64,000 nt of DNA, from assembly GCF_018350175.1 (NCBI RefSeq), contig NC_058368.1:105154001-105218000 (forward strand), read 5' to 3'. This document shows, in pieces, positions 53,418-64,000 of the stretch. The translations under genes and the position numbers were made by a program. Source of the DNA: Felis catus. Lineage: Eukaryota. Numbering within the stretch: the stretch's first letter is position 1; every line of letters begins with the position of its first letter. The notes below the pieces were generated by a model. That model was not told where the DNA came from, made no database searches, and was given only the letters and a program-made list of their open reading frames with translations.

Positions 53418-53928
53418 ATCCACTACATTCTTTAGATAAGCACTGATACCGAATGAAAGTGTTCTGTCCCCATGGCTTTGCTCTTTCTCTTTCTCCTCAT
53501 ACGTCTGTTGACCTAAGCTATATGCCATAAACCTCAAGTTATTCATTTTCTTTCATTTTCTTGTTGGGGTGAAGTTTCAGTTTCAATCTTTTAGATCTAG
53601 GTTTCCATTTAAGTATTAGTCAAGTATTAACAGCACAAGTAATGGGTTAACTTCAGAATAGGAATTGGTGGGGGAAGGAGGATGCAAGAATCTTTATTTT
53701 ATTTTGTTTTTCTGAGTGAAATTTTTATCTATTATTCATTAAACATTCTTGCTGCTGCCATACAAAGCTGTAGTAGATTTTGAGATGCTGTTGAGGGACA
53801 AATTCCTCTTTAAGTTGACAGATGTACATAGGTTGAATTAAAAGCCCTACCCAAAACTGAAGCAGAGAGGGGGAGAGCCTTTGCCTCCATTGCCCCACCC
53901 GAGCCTCCCCTTAAACACTCTGCCTTTT

Positions 53929-54135
53929 TTTCTTTAAAGTTTATTTATTCATTTTGATAGAGAGAGAGAGATGGAGGCAGGGAGGGGCAAAAAGAAGGAA
54001 TGAGAGAATTCCAAGCAAGCTCTGTACTCTCAGCTTGGAGCCGGTCATAGGGCTCAATCTCAGGGACCATGAGATCATGACCTGAGCCTAAATCAAGAGT
54101 CAGATGCTTAACTGACTGAGCCACCTAAGTGCCCC
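53929..54135 (-). mobile_element. Can-SINE inside the FKBP1A 3'UTR
   Basis: TSD aaacactctgcctttt / aaaccctctgcctttt. Confidence 0.95.
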
Positions 54136-55200
54136 AAACCCTCTGCCTTTTGAAGACAGATAGTTCTCACTGCAGTGTTAGAAACTACACGGATCTGCAC
54201 CCTGGCCTTCAGGGACCTCTGAAGCCGCCTTTGTGGCCTCACTTTTTGTTTTATCTCCCACCTTGTGGTTTTTCTAATGGATATTCAGGACTTTTGTAAT
54301 CTCGTAGCTATCCAAGATCTGCTTCCTAAATTTTAAGAACTTTAATTGAAAGTTTAAATTGAAGGTGCTGTTTGTAGACACTTAACACCCGATGAAAGCC
54401 CAGCCATCCTGACACACCCTTGAGTGTTGTCTTGAGGAAATGATGCTGGTCATCATGGCTTCAGTATCTCCTGGTTTTTGATATTCAGCTCCCCCTGCTG
54501 ATTTCAGTGTTTCTTGGCTTTTCCTCCCTCTCTCAACACTTTGCTCTCCCTTGTAATGATTTGGTGAGGAAAATTTTTGCTGCCTACCTCCCACACCCAC
54601 CTCCCTGAACTACACCAGAGTTTCAAGTTTTAATTACCACTATAAAAGTGCTTTATTCTGCTTTTCTCAAAAACAAACAACCAACCAAAAAACAAACAAA
54701 CAAGCAAAAAACCTGGGCAGAGGCCCTAAACACACATTTTTCCAGAGAACACATAAAGATGGCCAAGAGACACATGAAAAGATGCATAACATCACCAATC
54801 ATGAGGGAAATCCAAATAAAAACCACGAGATATCACCTTATACTTGTCAGACTGGCTAAAATCAAAAAGACAAGAAATAACAAGTGTTGGTGAGGATGTG
54901 GAGGAAAATGAACGCTCATACACTGTTGGTGGTAATATAAATTAGCATAGCCACTGTGGAAAACAATATGGAGATTCTTTGGAAAACTAAAAATAGAAAT
55001 ACCATATAATCCAATAATTCTACTAATGGGTATTTACTCAAAGAAAACAAAAACAGTAATTCAAAAAGATTTATGCATGCCAATGTTTATTACAGCATTG
55101 TTCATGATAGCTAAGATATAGAGGCAACCTAAGTGTCCACTGATATATCTGTCTGTCTCTCTCTCTCCCTCCCTCTCTCTGTCTCTGTCTCTCTCTCTGT

Positions 55201-55232
<32 letters not shown>

Positions 55233-57130
55233 CACAATGGAATATTACACAGCCATAAGAAAGGATGATGGATGGACGGGTGTTGTGCTAAGTGAAATAA
55301 GTCAGACCGAGACAACTACCATGTGATTTTACTTACATGTGTAATCTAAAAAGCAAAACAAATGAGTAAACAAAGAAAAAGCAGAATCAGACCTATAAAC
55401 ACAGAGAACAAACTGATAAGTGTCCAGAGGGAAGGGAAACAGGGTGATGGGCAAAATAGCTGCAGGAGAGTTGGAGATACTGACTTCCCACTCTGGAATG
55501 GGTAAGTCACGGGAATAAAAGGCACAGCATAAAGAATGTACTCAATGACATTGTCATAGTCTTGGGTGGGGCAGATGGTAGTTACATGTGTGGTGAGCCC
55601 AACATAATGTAAAGGGCTATGTACTGACACCATCCTAACATATAACCCAAATTCAGAAGCACTGCTTTAAGAAAGAGGCTAACCATACCTAGGATATATT
55701 GCACATTATGCCATAGGGGATGATGGCAATCATCAAAAATTACTGTAAGAACTCAGAGGAACCATCCCCTACCCAGGCTGGAGATGAGGATTCCTCAGGG
55801 AAGCCTTCAGGCATGGCGTGATAGCTGAGTTGATGATTCCAATATGGGGAAGTGAATGACGATTCCAATATGGCCAAGTGAAAATGGAGGTGAGCACGAG
55901 AGAGATCTAAGCAGAGGGAGCAGCCTATTCAGAGGCAAGGAGAGGTGAAAGATCCTGAGTGTTATCTTGAGGAAAGGAATAAGTCAAAGAGTACAAGACA
56001 CATGTCATCTATTTTGTAGCCGGTGACAGCCACCGGAAGTTTCCTCTGAAACCAACTGGAGCTGGAAGTACCAGCACTTTCGGGTCACAGCATCTTCTGA
56101 TTTTCTTGCATTTGAGCAAAGGTGGCAATATCCTACCACTTTGCGTATGAACTCACAGTGGAAAGGGACAATCCAGCAGTGCTGGGCTGTTCCAGGGAGG
56201 TTATTAGCAGTTGCAAGGCATCCTGGAGTTGTTTGTTTTGTAAAATAGTCAATACACATCTACTCGTCTCGGGTGCAGGTGCACAGCCACTTTTCCAGAA
56301 GTGTTTAAGCCTATGGCACCAGGTAAAAATCCTCTACTGTCCCTAAATAAAGTAACCACTGAACAGCAGGAAGGGAATAAACTAGGCAATTACTAGAAAA
56401 CAAACTGAAAAGGAGTTTCCTACAGAGCAAGAGGTGTCTCTTTCTTATCGTCAAAAGAACTTTGGGAGTTGGAGAGTTACCACCTGATTATGTCAACAGA
56501 CCCTGCCTTTGGGGCTCGGCCCTGTACTCTTAGTATCTTTCAAGTGTGATTGCTATACAAATACAGGTGGTTCTCAGGTAGGGTAAACAGTGTGCGTGTT
56601 ATTTCCAGAGGAATATCTGAAGTTGCAGGGAGATTGCCTTTATCTCACGTGGTGTAGTCATTGGTATGATAATCCATATTCTCTTTTATTGAGGCTGGGT
56701 GGTCACTTCTATAACGTAACTTTAAAGATCTGAAGTGGAAGAAGCTTACTTCTTGGCAAATATTTAACTCTACAGTGAAAGTTAGCAAAGGCCTTCTGAT
56801 GGTGGTTTCTTTTCAGATCGATTCATAGTATGTGTATATTGTATACGGCCTCATGCCTGCTGATACGTTTTCACAAAGACGTTTACTCTCTGCTTGGATC
56901 CCCAGAACTTATAGGGAGATTCAACAGCTGGTCTAAGATTGAAAAGTCACTGGTGTCACACCTGGAGTATGCGGAACGATGGTTAGGCTCCAGTTCCTCA
57001 GCACAGATGAATAGTCCATTGTCTATGAGGTGTTTGTACTCAGGCAACTTTCATCTCCATTTTCTGGGAAACTTTTATCATTTTTTGTTTTTACAAAATA
57101 TTTTAAATATTTTTTATTTCATGTGTATAT

Positions 57131-57132
<2 letters not shown>

Positions 57133-57168
<36 letters not shown>
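57133..57168. repeat. (CA)n microsatellite
   Basis: Direct reading. Confidence 0.97.
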
Positions 57169-57213
57169 CAGGCAGGCAAAGGACTTCTTGCAGTGTTGAA
57201 GGATACTGAGGGC

Positions 57214-57422
57214 TAGTGGTGTGCTAGTGAATGTTTAACAACCAGCTCCCTGGAGTTCTGGAGGAACCCTGATTCCCAGTGTTGGCCTATTTCAGTGGTT
57301 TACTTCCTCCCGCCATGGCCCTTTTTAAGCTACTGCTGTTAGATCAACCAGCTCCCAACTTTCCTGAAATTCTGACAACTTGCTCTCACATGCCTGTATG
57401 AGCTGCCTCCACAATATCACAG
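57214..57422. mobile_element. MER63A-like hAT-Blackjack element
   Basis: Starts agtggtgtgctagtgaatgtttaacaaccagctc and ends gagctgcctccacaatatcac. About 210 bp. Confidence 0.75.
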
Positions 57423-58414
57423 ACGGAGGCTATGGTACTGAGAGTAGAAAGGACTGTGGTTTGTATAGGGCATCCTGGGGCTGTTAGAGAGATTCATTTA
57501 AAGACCAGCCTTTTTAAGAAATCCAAAAAGTTATCTTAACTCCTTTTCTTGATCCACAGTTGACAAAAGATTGGAGAACTCATTTTTCTAATGATCCCAT
57601 GAATCTCTTCTAAATTCTGCAATTAATGTGGAGTTGGCAAACAGGTGTTCACAGACTTGATGTGTTTATCTCCATTTTATTAGTGTTGAATCTAACTTTG
57701 TCCAAGAATCCCACAGTAGGTCATAAAACCCAGCTCAAATCGATTGTCCCTGACATCTGGAATTTGGAGTTACCGAGAAGAAAGAACGCGAGAGATCAAA
57801 TACCTACTCAGGTGGTCCTCAAGCCCACTGATGTCTGAAGAAGCTTTTCTAATGGGTGACAAGTTTTCTCCATGGCAGAATGCAACTGCCAGAAAAGCCT
57901 TCAGATACAAGATGATACTCAGAAACCATGGAACCGAAGGGCTAACAGTCAATTATGAATCTTTCTGTTAACCTAATTTTAAGATACTAAGTATTTCCTA
58001 AGCTCTCTTGGCTGCCTTGGTTTCAAAGGACAGTAACAGGATGATTTAAAGGCATTAAAATCCAGAGACAAGTCAATCATTACTAGATGCTGGCATGTGC
58101 CAGAGGCACCTGTGAAACAATTGTCTTGTTACTTTTTCCTTAAAGACCAGAAACTTGTCATGGCCACTCCAAAGACAACATTCTGGACTTGGTAGGACCC
58201 TGCCTTGGAAAGATAATCAAGAAACAATGACTGACAACTGTTTGTCCTTCTCAGAGTGAAGAACTTTCATTTTGTGCTTGGGTACATTAATTAGTTTCGG
58301 TTACACCCTTCGCAAAAAGCCCTTTCCATCTGTTACACCCCCATGGGGCCCAAACAGCCCACAGGGCTGAAGAAATTGAAAGAGACCAGATAAACTTAAA
58401 ACCTCTGCTTAAGG

Positions 58415-58790
58415 CCTCATTCATTTATTTCCAAAATATTTACAGGATACCTGTGGTGGGACGAAGCAGTAAACAAAACAGACAACATTCTGCCCTCGTG
58501 GAACTTATATTCTAGTGGGGCAGGAAAAACGCCAAGCAGATAAACTAGCCAATATATAAAGTAACAGAGGGTGAAAAGGCTAAAGAGTCAAACAGAATAT
58601 GAAAAGGGGATAGGGATCCTAGGAGAGAGGTTTTATTTTATACAGAGTGACAGGAGAAGGCCTTACTTGGTAAGATGTCATCAGGGCAGAGACAGCAGGT
58701 GATGAGCTCTGGGACTGTCTGGGAAAGGACACTCTACTAGAGGCTCCAGGAAGTGACAAGGCCACATGCCTGGTTTCAGAGCACAGACCT
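58415..58790 (-). mobile_element. L2 3' fragment
   Basis: cattcatttattt..aacaaaacagacaacattctgccctcgtggaacttatattctagtgggg. Confidence 0.75.
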
Positions 58791-61071
58791 CTACAGATGA
58801 AAAGTTCTGAAGCGTGACAGATAAAATGGCCCTCAAGTGTGAAGTGCTCCTGCAGAGTCAGAGAATGTTCAAACTCCCTTAGGTCTCCAAGCACAGTGAA
58901 TGACAGTTTCAGGTTTAGACTATGTCTGTGGTGCATGCTGGATGCTTTCCTTGGTGCTGGGCTGGAAGGTAAAATTTCCAAGGAGAGGGGGAACCAGTGT
59001 CTGTCAATATTCCTCAATAAGTCCCGAATCCAGCAAAACCCCTTGCCTATCGGCTCTGCATGGCCATAGAAAAACCCCCACACCCGCCCTCCCCAAAAGG
59101 TGACTATTATGGTGTTTGGTTGGTTTATACTTGTCCTCTGGGTAGTTCCTGACAGCAATAGTAGATGGTAATCTGATCATACAGATGTCTCTCTCACATT
59201 TTGTTTGGGCAAAGTCAGTCTTTTCAAGTCTGTGGATACAGTTGATGTTGAAAAAGCCTTGGGCTGTTTGCAACCACACCTCTTTCCCCCTACCATCTGC
59301 CAAGGTCTTTGGTCAGAAAGAGTCCCTTTGTTTTTTATTACTGAGTGCCAGGTTGGTTGATCCATATGCCCTTGGGATAGTCGAGAAGTCTCCATTAGGC
59401 CACCTTAGTATTGAAATTCACATTCTACTGTGTCCTTAACATATTCTTCTTCTCTCTACTTATTTTCCCAATCCCATATGAAATATGATTTTCCTAATGA
59501 ACCAGCCTCTTTCCACTACATGGATTAAAGGCTACAAGCCTATATTTGTCTAACTTTGCCCCATGCTAGCCAATAAATTCTTTTAATTCTTTAAGTCTCT
59601 GCTTTATTTCTCAGTCAATGAGCTTGTAGGATTGCTCTCATTAGATCCATCCCCAGAGCTCCATTCTCTCTCTGACCACCAGGGTCACCCTGAGAGTCCT
59701 TCTTATACATTCCAAATAGGTCACAGGATTTTCCCCAATGCCCCTTTACAATTACGTTTCAGAGGTTTTATTAAAATTGGTGAAAGGCATTCCTTCCCAA
59801 CTGTGCCCACACAAAAGAATCATTATTGATTTGACCCTCAGTTGCCAACTAGCCAATATTTTCTTTGCTGATGGAAATCATGGGCATTTCCAAAATTCTG
59901 ACTCCTTGTGCCCCTCAGCACCTCAGGCCAACCAGGTCGTCAAACTAGCTGTGTATACCTCCACCCAAGAGCAAGATACCTAACCATAATCACACTCCGG
60001 AAAGAAATGAGAGCAAACTAATGGAAGACTAAAGACTTCTATTCCCATCCTTTACTCTTTGAGAAGTAGTAGTAACACCTAAAAAAGCCTATCTTCAAGG
60101 GCATTTCCAAGGCCGGGAGCTCTGCTTCACTTAAGAAAATAACTAGCAGCTATAGTTTTCCTTGAAACATTAACAATAATATCAACAACTTCCTTCATAG
60201 CCACTCAAAAGGAAAGGATAGGGAGAATAACATAACCTTTAAGTTTTCATTGAGAAAGGTACTGGAATTGCTCAATGTCCCATGACATTCATCTGAATGG
60301 ATCCTGTCTAAGGGTGCCAGCTGGAGGAAATATTATTTATAAAAGCAAACAAGCAACATTCAGTAAGGAAGCAGAACCTGTGAAGTAATGTGGAAAATTT
60401 TTATTTCAAAATTCCCATTCTCAATGCTTTTCTCACCGGGGGGTTCATATAAATTAAACTGGTTTTGTTTGAATAATTCCTCAACTCCCCAAATCCTTCA
60501 CTCAATGCAGCTCTTTCTGAACACTTTTCTCATGGAATTTCACAGACCCTAGGACAAAAATACTGTTGCCAAGATTTTGGACACCATTTAATTTCACCAC
60601 TGTCTTAGATCGATTAAGATGATATCCAAGTCTGCGTTAGGAAATCTATTGTGATTCATGGAGACAGAACCCTTGTGCGCTCTGTAGAATAAGGGGTCAC
60701 CTCATTACTCACCTGCCTTCTCTCCTCCTGCTGCCATGGGAGATGCTGTCCTCCAGTTAGGGTCACTTCCTCAATGAAAAGAGAATGTTCAGGAAGTCGC
60801 AGAGGTCCTTATGAAATAGCCTATTTTTTCACCACCTATGTTGAGATAAATGAGGTTGTGTTAATGCCAAATCTTTGAAGCCAAACACTCATTTCCAGAG
60901 AAACAATGAATGTTTTCATGAGAAGGTTTTAATATGGGAGAGGATAAGTTTGGTAGTTTTTCAAGCACATGAGGAGGTTCTTTCAGATAATCTGGAGATC
61001 TAGACAGGAACACCACAACAGAGCTGTCCAGCTCTTTGACCAGGTTTTGATACTCTTATAAAACTAAAAAT

Positions 61072-61431
61072 GGGGTGCCTGGGTGGCTCACTTGGTTAAA
61101 CATCTGACTTTTTTTTAATGTTTGAGAGAAAGATAAAGAGAGAGAGAGAGCGCACACACACAGGAAGAAGGGGCAGAAGGAGAGAGAGAGAGAATCCCAA
61201 GAAGACTTCATGCTGAGCCTGACCACGCTGGCCAACCAGGCTCTCCACGCATCCAACTCTTGATTTCGCCTCAGGTCATAATCTTGTAATCATGGGATCC
61301 AACCCCATGTCAGGCTCCACACTAATAGTGTAGAACCTGCTTGGGGTTCTTTTCTCTCTCTCTCTCTGTGCCCTTCCCTCGCTTGCATGTACTCTAAATA
61401 AACAAACAAATAAGCAAACAAACTTCAAAAA
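61072..61431 (+). mobile_element. Can-SINE carrying a nested antisense SINE (61111-61247)
   Basis: The outer head stops at catctgactt and resumes at catccaactctt. The inner piece is a T tail, GA linker and shortened body. Outer TSD aaaactaaaaat / aaaacttaaaaat. Confidence 0.88.
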
Positions 61432-62185
61432 AAAACTTAAAAATCAAAGTATCTTCATTTTGAGCTCTTCATTAGCTTGAAAAGCCTTATGGAGGATTGA
61501 CTAAAAATGTTAGTCACTCGGAAAGGGATTGCTAATAGCACTTACCTCTGTTTTATCTACTAAAACTCATTCCCAGTTCAGAATGAATATAAAAACCCTC
61601 ATTGGCATCAGAGTAACAGTTCAGAGACACAGCCCAGAAGCCAACAAGTCATATTAGTGGTAACTCTTTCTAAAACATAAAGAGTACTGTCTTTGAAACA
61701 AAATGTGTACCTGAAACTCTGAGCAGAAACACACGTCATCACCTCCTCATCAGTCATAAACGGTGATTTCCAGGGTCAGCAGACACTTAGAGGCCATCCG
61801 GTACAAACTCCATGCTCTTGAAGGATCCCATTCCGGTCCTTGAAGGATGACCAGATATGATTCAATAGGCTTGTCTCTATTCAATAGGCTGGTGCTCAGC
61901 AGTTCAGCAGCCCTTCAACTCAAAGTCAAAGAAGCTACAGCTGTTGCCCAAAGGAATGGCTCACACCCCCTGGTGCTTTGGGGAGGACCTTCTGGTGGGC
62001 TTCCAAGTGATCCAAAAATGAAAATCCTTTCTTTCATTTGCAAAATGTGTAATTCTATATATATTCATCTTTACATAGAACTATGATTTTTCACTAGTTA
62101 AATAAAAAATGAGTTATTATAGATAACTAATATTAGCAGTTCATAAACTCAACTCAGCACATTGGTATAATTTAAGAAAGGAGGT

Positions 62186-62308
62186 GAGGCACCTGGGTGG
62201 CTCAGTTTGTTGAGCATCCAACTCTTGACTTTGGCTCAGGTCATGATCCCAGGGCGTGAAATGGAGCCTGGCCGGTTTTGCGCTGAGCGTGCGTGGAACC
62301 TGCTTAAG

Positions 62309-62348
<40 letters not shown>

Positions 62349-62394
62349 CCTCTCTCCTACCTCTCTAGAAAATGAAATAAAATAAATAAATAAA
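62186..62394 (+). mobile_element. Can-SINE
   Basis: Perfect 19-bp TSD ataatttaagaaaggaggt. Confidence 0.96.
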
Positions 62395-63354
62395 ATAATT
62401 TAAGAAAGGAGGTACTTTATAAGTAGTCTGTTACTGGAAAGCTACTGGTATGCATGAAAACAGTCAGGATGCTTTGTCCTCAGAACTTTGTTAATCTTGT
62501 GGCTGATTTTTGGTTTTTGATGGTTGCTTTTTTTTTTTTTTGCTTTGTAGTTAGAAATTGATATTGATTTATCTTTATCATTTTCAATTTACTGAACATT
62601 TTTTTGGTTATTGAAGATCATTTGGTTGGAGATAATTTGCTTATTATTTGATAACAAGTATTTGCATTAGTGGTATTTTCGGCTTACAACATCTTTTAAA
62701 GAGATAGTTACGAAAATATGTGCAAGTTAAGGTTTAAATAAGAATCATCCAGGTCACTAATGCTAAAGAAGATGGATATAACCCGCACACCACCACTTTA
62801 GCCAACATTCACCAAATGGCTAATAACATATACATTGTTTGGTAGATGCACTAATTGAATTTATACAGATGAGTGAGTTTCAATATACTATCAAGATAAA
62901 TGTGATAAAATGGATTTTTTGTTTTGTTTAGGGGGCATTGTTTTATAGCACACATGTATAAGCTCAAGCTGAAAATTGTTCTTTTTTTGTTATCAAGGAG
63001 TTATTTTCAGTTGAAAAGGAGGAAGCAACCAGGTAGATGGACTAGAAATTTTAGCTTCTCTCTATCCTCCATCATTAAAGTGGGCCATGATTAAAAAAAA
63101 AAAAAGTGGAAGAACCACTTTTCTGAATCCTTCTTTCAACCACAGCACACCCTGAAATGTATTAAAGTCACAGACGTGTAACCATGAGCCTTTTCCTTTT
63201 TTATCAAGGACATCATCAGATTGCCAAAGAGCATTTTAGCATAGGTGAAATCAAGTAAGTTGCAAAATTCTTCTCTTCTTTTGGTTGCCCTGTGCCCAAA
63301 CTGTGTGTCTTCTGAAAGTCATTCTCCTTGGGGAGTTTTGGCCCATAGTAATCA

Positions 63355-63830
63355 TTTTTTTAGCACAGGTGACACACAGTGTGACATTCATTTAAGGCAT
63401 ACAACATATTTGTCCAACAAGTTTAAACATTATGCTATGCTATGCTCACCACAAGTATACCTCCCATATGTCACCATCCATTGCTATTACGATATTACTG
63501 ACTATATTGTCTATGCTGTGTCTTTTATGCCTGTGACTTACCCATTCCATACCTAGAAGCCTGAAACTGCCACTCCCCTTCACTTCTTTTTGCCCACGCT
63601 CCTACCACCATCACCTCTGGCAACCATCAGTTTGTTCTCTGTGTTTACAGGTCTGATTCATTTTGTTTATTCATTTGTTATGTTCTTTTTTTTAGATTCC
63701 ACATATGGGTAAAATCATATAGTATTTGTTTTTCTCACTCTGACTTATTTCACTCGGTATAATACCCTCTAGGTCCACCCTGTTGTTGTAAATGGCAAGA
63801 TTACATCTTTTTTATGGCTGTGTAAGACTC

Positions 63831-63879
<49 letters not shown>

Positions 63880-64000
63880 TTCCTTATCCATTCACCTATT
63901 GATGGACTATTAGGCTGCTTCCATAGCTTGGCTATTGTATGCAATGCTGCAATAGACAGAGGTGTGCATATATCATTTCAAATTAGTATTTCACTTTCTT
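63355..64000 (-). mobile_element. Carnivore L1 3' end with internal (TG)n (63834-63878), running off the window
   Basis: tttagattccacatatg..tgacttatttcactc..tccattcacctattgatggac is antisense L1 3'UTR/ORF2 end. Confidence 0.88.

Noticed and set aside
58619..59158. 179-aa minus-strand ORF
   Set aside because: Non-ATG start, partly within L2, with no recognisable homology or splice context.
61817..61890. Short direct repeats (cttgaaggat x2, attcaataggct x2); similar pairs near 12446 and 18298
   Set aside because: Two-copy micro-duplications with no array structure; not CRISPR-like or satellite.

Overview
This is mammalian genomic DNA, almost certainly felid (cat-like), judged from the dense feline-type tRNA-derived Can-SINEs and carnivore L1s. 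The window lies inside one + strand gene that I recognise as CCDC192 (coiled-coil protein). Three internal, phase-0 coding exons are visible: 3960-4067, 28224-28355 and 29477-29533. The start and the downstream exons lie outside the window. The rest is intron: about 25 Can-SINEs (many with TSDs), old and young L1 fragments, L2/MIR, MLT1 LTRs, MER5/MER44/MER63 DNA transposons and microsatellites. The most notable hidden element is a full-length, decayed FKBP1A (FKBP12) processed pseudogene (~52539-54705). It inserted into a carnivore L1 and later took two SINE insertions. A candidate 53-nt cassette exon (28088-28140) could act as a poison exon or as an in-frame alternative start. I found no convincing evidence of a wholly new biological system. 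Gene and repeat-family names come from recalled sequence knowledge, not a database search, and the boundaries of old repeats are approximate.
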